Origin: Phycisphaeraceae bacterium | GTDB taxonomy: Bacteria; Planctomycetota; Phycisphaerae; Phycisphaerales; Phycisphaeraceae | Direction of reading: 5' to 3' | NCBI GenBank assembly: GCA_963674705.1 | Contig: OY771506.1 | Span: forward strand, 4,960,001 to 5,024,000 | DNA length: 64,000 nt | Part shown: one piece after another, positions 9,679 through 19,965 of the stretch | Layout: each line of letters opens with the position of its first letter | Position numbering within the stretch: the stretch's first letter is position 1 | Made by a program: the position numbers and the translations under genes | Notes under the pieces: model-generated | Database searches by the model: none | The model's input: only the letters and a program-made list of their open reading frames with translations | What the model was told of the DNA's origin: nothing

Positions 9679-11019
9679 ATGCCCAGCGACCCCATCACCA
9701 TCCAGCCGCTTGAGCAACCGTTCAACGTGACTTTCCCCGACCCCCGGAAGGAGATTCCAGCTATCCCCGGGTCGAAGAGCCTGACCAACCGCGCCCTGCT
9801 GCTGGCGGCGATGGCGGACGGCAAGAGCACACTCACCGGCGTGCTGTTTTCCGATGACAGCCGGGTGATGATCGAAGCGCTAAAGGACCTCGGCTTCACG
9901 CTCGAAGTCGACGAAGCCAGCCACACCGTCACCGTCCACGGCCAAGGCGGCAAGATCCCCGCAAAGAAAGCCGACCTGCACCTGGGCAACGCCGGCACCG
10001 CGATGCGCTTCCTCACCGCCGCTTGCTGTCTTGGCGAACCAGGAAGTGTTTATACGCTCGACGGCATCCCCCGCATGCGCGAAAGGCCGATCGGCGAACT
10101 GGTCGAACCGCTACGACAACTCGGCGCAAAGATCGAATACCTCGGCAACGAAGGCTATCCCCCACTGCGCATCACCGCTTGCGGCTTAGCGGGTGGACAC
10201 CTGAACATGAAGCCGACATTGAGCAGCCAGTTCATATCCGCATTGCTGCAGATCGGCCCGTGTCTTGAGTTGGGTATCAACATGTCGTTCGACGGCCCGC
10301 TTACGAGTGAGCCTTATGTCCGCATGACGTTGCAACTCATGTCGCAGTTCGGTGCAAATGTCGTTGATGGCTTAGCACAGAGGCGGGCCACCGCACAAGC
10401 CGGCGGTTATTCGCCGACCGATTATGTGGTTGAGCCTGACGCCAGCAACGCGAGTTACTTCTTCGCTGCGGCCGTCGCAATCCCCGGCAGCCGATGCGAG
10501 GTTGAACATCTCGGCACGACATGCCTGCAAGGTGATGTGAAGTTCGTCGATGAACTTGGCAAGATGGGCGCATCCATCGAATCGGCCGAGCAACAAACGG
10601 CCGCCTCTTCTTCGCTAACTTCGCGCCTTCGCGGTTACACGAATGACCTTAACAGCATCCCCGACGCCGCAATGACTATCGCCACGCTAGCCGTCCTCGC
10701 CGAGGGCCCGACCACGATCCGCAACGTCGGGAACTGGCGCGTCAAGGAAACCGACCGGATGGCGGCCATGCAGACCGAGTTGACCAAGCTCGGCGCGAAG
10801 GTCACAGTCAACGGTGACGACATCACGATCGAGCCTCCGGCCGGTGGTAAGATCACGCCCGCCGCGATCGATACGTATGATGACCACCGCATGGCTATGG
10901 CGTTTTCCGTCATCGGGCTTGCTCAGCCGGGCGTGACGATCAACGACCCGGACTGTGTCAACAAAACATTCCCCGACTTCTTCAAGTATCTTGAATACCT
11001 GAGACAGAACCCCGCTTGA
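9679..11019 (+). CDS. aroA: 3-phosphoshikimate 1-carboxyvinyltransferase
   Basis: PGSKSLTNRAL, LGNAGTAMRFL, RPI, SSQFISALL, RVKETDR, DDHRMAM and KTFPDF motifs. Confidence 0.96.
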   Translation: MPSDPITIQPLEQPFNVTFPDPRKEIPAIPGSKSLTNRALLLAAMADGKSTLTGVLFSDDSRVMIEALKDLGFTLEVDEASHTVTVHGQGGKIPAKKADLHLGNAGTAMRFLTAACCLGEPGSVYTLDGIPRMRERPIGELVEPLRQLGAKIEYLGNEGYPPLRITACGLAGGHLNMKPTLSSQFISALLQIGPCLELGINMSFDGPLTSEPYVRMTLQLMSQFGANVVDGLAQRRATAQAGGYSPTDYVVEPDASNASYFFAAAVAIPGSRCEVEHLGTTCLQGDVKFVDELGKMGASIESAEQQTAASSSLTSRLRGYTNDLNSIPDAAMTIATLAVLAEGPTTIRNVGNWRVKETDRMAAMQTELTKLGAKVTVNGDDITIEPPAGGKITPAAIDTYDDHRMAMAFSVIGLAQPGVTINDPDCVNKTFPDFFKYLEYLRQNPA

Positions 11020-11026
11020 GAACCGT

Positions 11027-12889
11027 ATGAAACGTAGTGCCTTCTGGAAAACAACGCTCGAGCTGGTTCGCTACAAGAAACAGCTCGCTGTCGCGTTGGG
11101 CGGGGCGCTGGTGTCGGCGGCGTGCTTCGGTGCAGGCCTGAGCATGATGCTGCCGGTCTTCACGTTGTTTTTTAAGAGTGATGTGCAGGCGGAGCATCCG
11201 TTGAAAAGGCTGATCAATAATACATTGACAGGTGAGGGTGCTGAGCAGTGGCAACTTGATCTCGCGGCGTGGCTGAACGGGCACATCCCCGCGAGCGTGT
11301 TCTGGTCATTCGTCTTGATCATGGGGGTCATCGCCATCCTGACGACGATCGGCAGTTTTGGCCGGTACATTCATGAGTTGTTGTCGATCACCATCACACA
11401 GCAGGTGGCGGTCGCCTGGCGAGACAGGCTGTTCCGTAAGATGGTTGATGCGCCCGTGTCGTACTTTCTCGGGCAGAACGCATCGGATCACGCCAGCCGA
11501 GCGATGTTTGATAGCGGGGTGCTGGCCAGAGGGCACCTGGCGGTTTTAGGTAAGGCTTTGCCGGAAGTTCTCAAAGGTGCAGCGGCACTGTTTGTCGCGT
11601 TGTGGCTGGATGTACGGCTGACCATGCTGGCGCTGATCGCGGCGCCGCTGAGCGGGTTCGTGCTCTACCGTTTCGGGCGGAGCATTGAAAAAGCATCCAA
11701 GCGAGCTCTGCAGGAGCAGGCGGGGATGCTTAAAGCGGTCAACGAGGTGCTCGGTGCGTTACATGTGATTAAGACTCACGGCGCTGAGGGTTACGAACGA
11801 CGCCGATTCCGTCGACTGAATCGTCGGCTGTTCGATCAACAGATGCGGATGCGCCAGGCACGCGCGCTGGCATCGCCGGTGATTGAAACGTTAGGCTTGT
11901 TCTGCGTACTGATCGCGGCGCTGGTGGCGGCGTGGTACGTCTTTACACAGAACGTGCAGCCCGAGCGGTTCCTGACCGTGCTGTTAATGCTTGGCGCAGC
12001 TGGGGCAAGCCTCAAACCCTTGACAGCCTTGCACACGCAGATCAAGGAGGCCGACGCCGCAGCTCAACGCATGGTCGAAAGCACGCTGATCGAGGGCGAG
12101 CCGATCGGCCGTGACAAACGATCAGACCTCCCGGCAGTACCACGCCATCACAAGTCGATCGCGTTTGAGGATATCACCTACACCTACCGCGGCGCGGACA
12201 CGCCGGCGCTTAAGGGGATCAACTTACGGGCCGAGTTCGACCAGACCGTCGCAATCGTTGGAGGCAACGGTTCGGGCAAGACGACACTGCTGAACCTGCT
12301 GCCACGACTTACTTCGCCGGGTTCCGGACGTGTGTTGATCGATGACACGGATATTGCAGGGGTCAATCTCAAATCACTGCGTAGACAGATCGCGGTCGTG
12401 CCGCAGCAGAGCGTGTTGTTCGAGGGCACGATCGCGGACAACATCGCCTATGGCCTGCTGGATGCGAAACGAGAGAAGATCATTGAGGCGGCCAAGGCGG
12501 CGTTCGCCCATGAATTCATCGATATCCTGCCCTTCGGCTACGAGACCATGCTCGGTGAAGGCGGCTCAGGCCTGAGCGGTGGCCAGAAACAGCGCATCTG
12601 CATCGCCCGCGCGATCCTGCGCAACCCCGCGATCCTCATCCTCGACGAGGCAACCAGCCAGATCGACGCCGACTCCGAAGCCAAGATCAACCGCGCACTG
12701 GAAAACATCCGTGCCGGGCGGACAACCTTCATCATCGCTCACCGCTTGAGCACTGTCGTAGATAGCGACATCATTGTCGTCATGGACGCCGGTCGGATCG
12801 TCGACAGCGGCACACACGCCGAACTGCTCGAACGCTGCAAGATATACCAGACATTGACACACACGCAGTTGCAGCCGGCGAAGACTTAG
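11027..12889 (+). CDS. ABC exporter, fused permease/ATPase (MsbA-like)
   Basis: N-terminal TM domain; Walker A GGNGSGKT, signature LSGGQKQR, Walker B ILILDEAT, IAHRL. Confidence 0.92.
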   Translation: MKRSAFWKTTLELVRYKKQLAVALGGALVSAACFGAGLSMMLPVFTLFFKSDVQAEHPLKRLINNTLTGEGAEQWQLDLAAWLNGHIPASVFWSFVLIMGVIAILTTIGSFGRYIHELLSITITQQVAVAWRDRLFRKMVDAPVSYFLGQNASDHASRAMFDSGVLARGHLAVLGKALPEVLKGAAALFVALWLDVRLTMLALIAAPLSGFVLYRFGRSIEKASKRALQEQAGMLKAVNEVLGALHVIKTHGAEGYERRRFRRLNRRLFDQQMRMRQARALASPVIETLGLFCVLIAALVAAWYVFTQNVQPERFLTVLLMLGAAGASLKPLTALHTQIKEADAAAQRMVESTLIEGEPIGRDKRSDLPAVPRHHKSIAFEDITYTYRGADTPALKGINLRAEFDQTVAIVGGNGSGKTTLLNLLPRLTSPGSGRVLIDDTDIAGVNLKSLRRQIAVVPQQSVLFEGTIADNIAYGLLDAKREKIIEAAKAAFAHEFIDILPFGYETMLGEGGSGLSGGQKQRICIARAILRNPAILILDEATSQIDADSEAKINRALENIRAGRTTFIIAHRLSTVVDSDIIVVMDAGRIVDSGTHAELLERCKIYQTLTHTQLQPAKT

Positions 12890-12896
12890 AGGCGCC

Positions 12897-13061
12897 AACC
12901 ACAGAGGCACAGAGACACAGAGAAGAACGACAGCCCCGGGACCCCCTAGATGACTCAGCTCAAAAAGTTATTACGTACTTGTTTCAATTCTGATCTGTGT
13001 CATCTTCGCAACTCGCAGATAGCTCTTCCTGACTTCTCGGTGCTTCTGTGTCTCTGTGGTT
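12897..13061. repeat. long inverted repeat with ACAGAG-periodic arms (12897-12925 / 13033-13061)
   Basis: aaccacagaggcacagagacacagagaag pairs with cttctcggtgcttctgtgtctctgtggtt. Confidence 0.85.
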
Positions 13062-13858
13062 CAAATATCTGCAAGCAATATCGGGCCAACCGAGCATTCA
13101 CGCTGATCGAGTTGCTCGTTGTCATCAGCATCATCGCGATCCTGATCGGCATCCTGTTGCCGGCTCTGGGTGCCGCAAGACGCAGCGCGTACAACATCAC
13201 CTGCGCTCAGAACGAGCAACAGATCGGTGTTGGCCTCAACACGTATTCAGTGTCGAATAAAGGCGCCCTGGCGGTGAATCCCGCAGCGGGTCTGGATTTT
13301 GGTCGTGGTTACTTCGGGATCAGCCAGGCCACCAACGCGATTTACACCACCGGAAACGATGAGTTGATCGGCCTGGGCATGACGCTCGACAGCTACATCA
13401 CCGAACCACGTGCCATGTTCTGCCCGGCTGACGATTCCACCGATCCGACCGAAGAACTCGAATACATCAAGGACCGCAGCGAATCCGCGAGCTGTTCTTA
13501 CTACTACCGCCAACTCGACCGCACGACAAAAACATTGATCGACGATCTTGGCCAATCCAATCCCGGCCTGACAGCCTCCGCGCTGCTCGTTGACGCCAAC
13601 TCGCTACTGTCTTTCAACGAAGACTACTTCCGCACCAACCACCAGAACGCGATCGTCAACATCCTCTACAACGACGGGCACGTCGATTCACAAGCTAACA
13701 GCAACAACCAGACCGACGGCCTCTTCAGCATTCGCGACCAGGACTTCGGCGTTGATCCCACCGGCGGCCAGCGACTGGACGAGATCTTTATCACAGCAGA
13801 TTTTGCACCCGTAGGCAATCCCGCTGATGCGCCGGCGGCGGAAGATATGAGCCATTAG
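12950..13858 (+). CDS. prepilin-type N-terminal cleavage / H-X9-DG (DUF1559-like) protein
   Basis: [34 protein letters not shown] and [10 protein letters not shown] motifs. The start codon is uncertain because it falls inside a repeat. Confidence 0.85.
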   Translation: MTQLKKLLRTCFNSDLCHLRNSQIALPDFSVLLCLCGSNICKQYRANRAFTLIELLVVISIIAILIGILLPALGAARRSAYNITCAQNEQQIGVGLNTYSVSNKGALAVNPAAGLDFGRGYFGISQATNAIYTTGNDELIGLGMTLDSYITEPRAMFCPADDSTDPTEELEYIKDRSESASCSYYYRQLDRTTKTLIDDLGQSNPGLTASALLVDANSLLSFNEDYFRTNHQNAIVNILYNDGHVDSQANSNNQTDGLFSIRDQDFGVDPTGGQRLDEIFITADFAPVGNPADAPAAEDMSH

Positions 13859-13912
13859 CCGTTAGCTATTAGCCATTATCACAGATTGAACACCTCACAT
13901 TGAACATCCAAC

Positions 13913-15182
13913 AGAGCTGGTCCCCAAATCTTGGACAGCCGGTTGGCCTGAATAAGGTGGGCCAACGGGTTTATGCCGCGGCCAGCGGCGGTCCGGTTAT
14001 AGGTTTTCCATCATACGCTTCGTCCGGCGTCCGTCCAGCGAGTGTCGAGTGCGGACGCTCGGTGTTGTAGAACCGCAGCCATTCATTGATCCCGGCGCGA
14101 GCTTCGCTGCCTCTGTCCCACGCGTGCAGGTACACGCATTCGTACTTCAGGCTCCGCCACAGACGTTCGATGAACACGTTGTCCATCCATCGGCCTTTGC
14201 CGTCCATCGATACCTTCGCGCCCGCGCTCTTCACTGTTTCGGTCCATTCCAGGCCGGTGAACTGGCTGCCCTGATCGGTGTTGATGATCTGCGGCGGGCC
14301 GTGCTTGCTCAGCGCTTCTTCCAACGCCTCGACGCAGAATGACGCTTCCATCGTGTTGCTCAATCGCCAGGCCAGCACCTTCCTGCTGTGCCAGTCCATG
14401 ACCGCAACGAGGTACAAAAAGCCGCGTCGCATCGGGATGTATGTGATGTCGGCGCACCACACATGACCCGGCTGATCAATCTTCAGATTCCGCAGCAGGT
14501 ACGGATACACCTTGTTTTCAAGGCATTTGACGCTGGTCTTCGGGGCCTGGTAGATCGGCGTCAAACCCATCTGGCGCATCAATCGACGCACACGCTTGCG
14601 GCCGACGTTGTAGCCAAGCCGACGCAACCAACGCATCATCTGCCGGCTGCCGTAGAACGGCGTGCACAGGAACTGTCGGTCGATCAGACGCATCAGCTTC
14701 AGGTTCAACGGGCTCTCGCCTTTGCCTGAAAAGTAAAACGACGATCGGCTGATCGACACCAGCCCACACTGACGCACGATGCTCAGCTCGGGGTGCTTGG
14801 GTTCGACCATGTCGCAGCGGCGGCCGTGGCTCAAAGCCCCAACCCTTTTTTTAAAAAGTCCTTCTCGATGGTCAGCTCGCCGATCTTCGCGTGCAGCTCT
14901 TTGATCTGCTCGTCGGATGCCTGCGGGTCCTTGCCGCCGCCACGGGCAAAAAGCTGGGCCGCCTCCTGTGCCAGCAGCTTCTTCCACCCGCCGATCATGT
15001 TCGGATGCACGTCGTACTTCTTGGCGATCTCCGCCACCGTCAACTCGCCACGCAGCGCCTCCAGCGCCACCTTCGCCTTGAATTCAGCCGTAAATCGTCG
15101 TCGCTTGCTCATCAAGTAAGTCCTTTCAAATCTGCAGACCAGCCCACTTTAACCGGCTGTCCAAGATTTGGGGACCAGCTCT
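13913..15182 (-). mobile_element. IS3-family insertion sequence, apparently intact
   Basis: Perfect 32-bp terminal inverted repeats (agagctggtccccaaatcttggacagccggtt), CAAC duplicated on both flanks, orfA plus orfB. Confidence 0.93.
13971..15112 (-). CDS. IS3 transposase OrfAB (programmed -1 frameshift)
   Basis: OrfA HTH (RRRFTAEFKAKVAL). Slippery TTTTTAAAAAAAG on the minus strand near 14845-14857. OrfB has WCADITY, TDQGSQF and ERLWRSLKYE. Confidence 0.92.
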
Positions 15183-15197
15183 CAACATCCAAACCGC

Positions 15198-15297
15198 CCG
15201 GACCTTCGCGTCGCTCAGGACCGGCGTTGGAGAAAATGAAATCATGGATCATCAATCTTTTTACCCTACACCCCACACCCTAAACCCTACACCCTAA
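15198..15297 (-). repeat. composite repeat copy 1: (RGGGTGT)n, GATT heptamers and 33-bp hairpin
   Basis: The reverse complement of 15198-15230 is ccaacgccggtcctgagcgacgcgaaggtccgg; five ACCCYAM units lie at 15263-15297. Confidence 0.85.
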
Positions 15298-16248
15298 CTT
15301 CATCTGCGCTCTCTGCCCTGCACCCAACGGCTTGATATTGATCCACCGCGTTCTTCGCCGTTGCTCGGTCAGCGTGATGCGTGGATGCAACTCGCTATCG
15401 CGTTCAAACACACGCCGGACCTTCATCGGGTGGTTGCACTGGCTGGAGCGGTGCAGCAACACGACGTGGCGCGGGTTGCCTGCCGGACTCGCATCGGCGA
15501 TCGCTCGGACCGCTTCGAAGCTCTGCTCATTTGAAAGGTGCCCCGAGTCGGACATGTTCCGGCGGTTGACCCAACTCGGTCGCGAACTGGTGCGTGTCAT
15601 GTGCTCGTCATAGTTGCACTCGATACAGAGGATGTCGACGCCCGCGAGATGCTTTATCAGCTTCGCAGGGGCGTGCCCGAGGTCCGTGGCGTAGCCGATA
15701 CTCATGTCGGGGGTATCGAAGCGGTAGCCGATCGTGCCCTGCCGATCGTGCTGCAGACGGACGGTCGACGCGGCCAAGCCCGGCATCGGCTCGAAGGGCT
15801 GCGATTCGAACATCTGAGCCAGACCTGCATCGCGCAACTCAGCCCCACCGGGCAGGTGCATCAATTCGGCGAAGTGCCAGCTATGCACGAAAACCGGGAT
15901 CCCGAGTTTTAGTAATGTTGCGGTCCAGGTCTTGCGGAAGTGGTCCTGATCGAGATGCGTCAGGCAAACCGCCTCAAGGTCCGTAAGGGTTAGCCCGGCC
16001 TGTTGCAATCGCTTATCGGTCGTTCGCGGGCCGAATCCGGCGTCGATCAGCATCGCCGATTTTCCCCAGCGCAAGACCGTTGCGTTCCCCCCGCTGCCGC
16101 TGCCGAGTACACATATACCCAGCAAATCACTGGGTTTACGCTCGGGCTGTTTTTTCATCCGCGCCACCACCGATACCAGCGAGCTTTGCTGCTCCCCGAC
16201 GAACAAGGGCATCTGGTTGAGGCGCTTATCGGACATCAGAGCTTTCAC
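15280..16248 (-). CDS. metallo-beta-lactamase-fold hydrolase (YycJ/WalJ-like)
   Basis: LGSGSGGN, LIDAG, THLDQDH, ATDLG, ECNYD and GHLSN motifs. Exact start uncertain. Confidence 0.88.
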   Translation of the reverse strand: MKALMSDKRLNQMPLFVGEQQSSLVSVVARMKKQPERKPSDLLGICVLGSGSGGNATVLRWGKSAMLIDAGFGPRTTDKRLQQAGLTLTDLEAVCLTHLDQDHFRKTWTATLLKLGIPVFVHSWHFAELMHLPGGAELRDAGLAQMFESQPFEPMPGLAASTVRLQHDRQGTIGYRFDTPDMSIGYATDLGHAPAKLIKHLAGVDILCIECNYDEHMTRTSSRPSWVNRRNMSDSGHLSNEQSFEAVRAIADASPAGNPRHVVLLHRSSQCNHPMKVRRVFERDSELHPRITLTEQRRRTRWINIKPLGAGQRAQMKLGCRV

Positions 16249-16489
16249 TTGTCTTGACCACTTTCAACCGTATAATCCTCATAGTCGCTTCAAGCGAGAA
16301 CCTGGTCAACCGATCTTGTTTGCATATCATCCGGTTTGTATTGGATGCTTGTAACAGGTCCGAATAATGGTTGGCCCGACCTCGCCGATGGCAACGCAAC
16401 ACAAGTGGGGAGTGATTGCACGGAACCGAGGTCGTAAGCCGATGTCAGGTTTACGCGAGTTGTGTATCACCAACCTTTGGGAACTGCGC

Positions 16490-16759
16490 ATGCGACGTTT
16501 GATATTCGGAATCAGCCTGTCAGTAGTAGCCGTCACCGGCGTCGGATGTGCCTCCAGCCGGACCCCGAATGTCGTCATCGCACCCTCGTATTCATACGTT
16601 CAAGCTGACATCGCCAATGGCGTATCAGATACGCAGCAAGTAGTTGCCACAGCCGCACCCGCCCGCCTCAGTAGCGCCACCCACAAACTCCCGCCTCTGC
16701 CTGCCGCTCCCGGCTTCGATACCTACGTGATGGCACCGACCAACATACCGATCGATTAG
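16490..16759 (+). CDS. small putative lipoprotein
   Basis: MRR, hydrophobic stretch, GVGC lipobox-like motif. Confidence 0.55.
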   Translation: MRRLIFGISLSVVAVTGVGCASSRTPNVVIAPSYSYVQADIANGVSDTQQVVATAAPARLSSATHKLPPLPAAPGFDTYVMAPTNIPID

Positions 16760-17799
16760 AGCATCTTCCACGCCACTGTAGCGCCCTTGTACACAAGTGA
16801 TTATGCTGTGCCTTCAAGCAAGGAGGCTTTGATGAAGGCATATTCAATGGATCTGCGGAAGCGGGTGTTGGCGGCGTGTGATGCCGGGCACGGCACGCGT
16901 GAGGTGGCCAAGCGGTTCTCGGTCAGCGCCTCGTGGGTGCGTCGGCTCAAGCAACGGCGTCGTGAAGGCGAGGGGATCTCGCCGCGGCCTCAGGGCGGCG
17001 ACTACGTCAGCCGGTTCACCGGCGAAGACCTGCAGCGTGTACATGCGATGCTCAAGCAGAAGCCGGACACGACGCTGGATGCGTTGCGTGTGCGTTGTGA
17101 GCGTGAGCTGGGCATCCGTTGCGGGCTGGGCACGATGTGGCGGACGGTGCGTTGGAAGCTGGGGTGGACGTTTAAAAAAAGTCATTACGGCCCAGCGAGC
17201 AGGACCGCGCGGATGTGAAGCAGCAGCGTGTGAACTTCCGCATCGCCACACGGTTCATCGAGCCTAAGCAGCTTGTTTTCCTGGATGAATCGGGCGCGAG
17301 GACGAACATGACCCGCCTGCGGGGCTGGGCCGGACGCGGTTGCCGGCTGGACGCCGCGGCGCCGCACAGCCACTGGCGTACGACGACGATGCTCAGCGCG
17401 ATCGGTTGTGAGGGTGTGATCCAACGGGCGACGCTGGCCTTCGACGGCGCGACGGATGCGGCGCTGTTCCGAGGCTACGTCGAGCGTTGCCTGGCCCCGG
17501 CGCTGAAGCAAGGCCAGATCGTGGTGATGGATAACCTGGCGTCGCATAAGGTGCGCGGGGTGCGTGAAGCGATCGAAGCGGCGGGCTGTGACCTGTGGTA
17601 CTTACCGCCGTACTCACCGGACTTCAACCCGATCGAGAAGATGTGGAGCAAGGTCAAAGCCCTGCTGCGTGCCGCCGCCGCACGGACCCACGACAAACTG
17701 ATTGAGGCGATCGGTCGGGCGTTGCGTGCGGTATCCCTGGACGAGTGCCGCAACTACTTCCGCAGCTGCGGGTATGCTACATGAGATTGGAAGACGCTC
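16759..17799 (+). mobile_element. IS630-family insertion sequence
   Basis: Terminal IRs gagcatcttcca / tggaagacgctc (1 mismatch), TA duplicated at 16757-58 and 17800-01. Confidence 0.92.
16832..17784 (+). CDS. IS630 transposase (-1 frameshift at TTTAAAAAAAG, 17171-17181)
   Basis: AYSMDLRKRV HTH, then FLDESG, VMDNLASHK and LPPYSPDFNPIEKMWS in the -1 frame. Confidence 0.92.
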
Positions 17800-17835
17800 T
17801 AATATCGATCTGCTTGTCATACCACTGATATAAAC

Positions 17836-17872
17836 AAAAACCCACGGCCATCGACCGTGGGTTGTGTTTTTT
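17836..17872. terminator. probable bidirectional intrinsic terminator
   Basis: aacccacgg..ccgtgggtt stem flanked by A and T runs, between convergent genes. Confidence 0.7.
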
Positions 17873-17893
17873 CATATGTCCACGGTCAATGCA

Positions 17894-19525
17894 TCAGAGC
17901 TGCACCAGGTGCATGTCCGTGGCCTTACGTGATTCGTGGCTCGGATGATGCACATCCGTCACGAACGCGTCGCCCATCTCGACACGCACCTGCTTAGCGT
18001 CGTAGCGCTTCGGCTCGGCAAGCCCCAGCTTCGCACACAGGTCCAGTGCGATCTGCCCTTCCGCTTTGGCGAACTCGATCGGCTGGATCGCACGATCAAA
18101 ACTCTGCAGACGGTTGGCGTGGTTCTCAAACGTGCCGGCCTTTTCGACAAACGTCGCTCCGGGCAGCAGCACATTGACCTTCTCGGTGAGTATGTTCGGC
18201 AGCGTGTCGATCAGTACGACGAACTTGCTTTCGACAGCCTTGGCCAGGTCGGGCGTGACCCAGTCGCTGGGGTAGTTGCCGGTCAGCAGCACACCGGCCG
18301 TTCGCTCGTCCTCGACGGCGTTTAGGAACTGCTGGTAATCCAGCACGGAATCCGTCAACTGGCCCAGCGCTCGGCGAACGCCACGCGCATTCGGGCATTT
18401 TTCAGCACAAATCCTGTACCCACCTGGGAAGGTCTTGTCTTCGCCGCTGGTGGGCACCGGCCCGATGCCGATCACAGCCTCGCCGTCCAGTTCCACGATC
18501 AGCTTGCCCAGCAGATACGCCTCTTCACAAGGCAGCATCGGGCTGACCATCACCGCCAGCGATCCTGTTCCACGTGAATCAATGATGCTGCGCAGCTCGG
18601 TCTTGATCGCGTCGTAGGCCTTGTTCCAGTCACACTCGTCCTGCCCGCCGTCCTGCTTGATCATCGGGCTGCGGAAGCGGTCTTCACTGTGGACGAACTT
18701 CCAGCCGAAGCGGATCTCATCACTCGTCCACCACTGGTTCACTTCCATATTCGTGCGCGGTTTGACGCGGTAGACCTTGCCGTCGTTGTGCTCGATCGAG
18801 AGGTTATCACCGCTGGCGGTGATGCCGTCGATGCTTGGTGTCTTGGTCAGGTTCCAGACACGCATCGACATCAGGAAGTCCTTGTCGAGCAGCGCGCCGA
18901 CCGGGCAGATATCCACGACGTTGCCGGATAATTCGTTATCCAACGGCTTGCCGGGGAAGACATCGATCTGCTCGCCGGAACCACGGCCGAAGATACCGAT
19001 CTCGCCCGTGCCAGCTACTTCCTTGGCGAAACGCACGCAACGGGTACACATGATGCAGCGGTCGGAATACAGCAGCACGTGCGGGCCGATGTCTTTCTTG
19101 GGCTGCTTGATCTTGGATTCGCAGAAGCGTGATTCGCTTCGGCCGTACTTATAGCTGTAATCCTGGAGGTAGCACTCGCCGGCCTGGTCGCAGACCGGGC
19201 AGTCCAGCGGGTGGTTGATCAGCAGGAACTCCATCACCGACTTCTGGTTGGCGATCGCCTTGGGGCTACGGGTATGCACGACCTGCCCATCGGATGCGGG
19301 CGTTTGGCAGGTCGGCATCAGCTTGGGGATCAGTTCCAGCTTGTTGTCGTTGCGGGGATTGGGCGCCTCGACCTCGGCCATGCATATCCGGCAACTGGCG
19401 ACAATGCTCATGCCGGGGTGGTAGCAATAGTGTGGGATCTCGATCCCGTTATCCAGGGCGACCTCAAGGATGGACTTCTTACCCTCGAATTCGCATGGTT
19501 TACCGTCAATAGTGATCTGGGGCAT
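17894..19525 (-). CDS. nuoG: NADH-quinone oxidoreductase subunit G (short form)
   Basis: IPHYCYHP..CRIC, NHPLDCPVCDQAGECYLQD, RCIMCTRCVRF and DICPVGAL Fe-S motifs. Confidence 0.92.
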   Translation of the reverse strand: MPQITIDGKPCEFEGKKSILEVALDNGIEIPHYCYHPGMSIVASCRICMAEVEAPNPRNDNKLELIPKLMPTCQTPASDGQVVHTRSPKAIANQKSVMEFLLINHPLDCPVCDQAGECYLQDYSYKYGRSESRFCESKIKQPKKDIGPHVLLYSDRCIMCTRCVRFAKEVAGTGEIGIFGRGSGEQIDVFPGKPLDNELSGNVVDICPVGALLDKDFLMSMRVWNLTKTPSIDGITASGDNLSIEHNDGKVYRVKPRTNMEVNQWWTSDEIRFGWKFVHSEDRFRSPMIKQDGGQDECDWNKAYDAIKTELRSIIDSRGTGSLAVMVSPMLPCEEAYLLGKLIVELDGEAVIGIGPVPTSGEDKTFPGGYRICAEKCPNARGVRRALGQLTDSVLDYQQFLNAVEDERTAGVLLTGNYPSDWVTPDLAKAVESKFVVLIDTLPNILTEKVNVLLPGATFVEKAGTFENHANRLQSFDRAIQPIEFAKAEGQIALDLCAKLGLAEPKRYDAKQVRVEMGDAFVTDVHHPSHESRKATDMHLVQL

Positions 19526-19632
19526 GTTGGGTTCCCGCATCTTGAGCCGCTGAGGCGGGACGGGCTCGTCGGCCCGCCCGACCGATGCAGGATCGTAGCA
19601 GATGACGCCCCATGTTCCAATGCGAGGGGTGT

Positions 19633-19774
19633 CTGGTGGCTGGTGGCTCGTGTCAGGTAGCTGGTTTTACTGTCAGTGAATACGAGTGCCGCAAGAGTAC
19701 ACGTGGCTCAGCTCTAGAAACAGTGCTTTCAACACCCCCAAACCAGCAACGAGCCAGCAGACACCAGCCACCAA
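19633..19774. repeat. inverted pair of 7-nt-period tracts (CTGGTGG-like / CCACCAG-like)
   Basis: Five degenerate units at 19633-19667 and five complementary units at 19740-19774. Confidence 0.75.
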
Positions 19775-19965
19775 ATCAACCTCACCAGTGCCCTACCGCC
19801 CTTTGTTGCATAGTTGCAGGTCCCCACCTATCCTGTCCGCTTTAACGCACGGTAAGTGCGTATGTACGGCGGCGGGCCGGTCCAACGTATATCCAGCCCT
19901 ACGCTTCTGGTGAGATCGACGGACGCCACGGACGCGCCTGTCTGGACGGATGCCACGGATCGATC

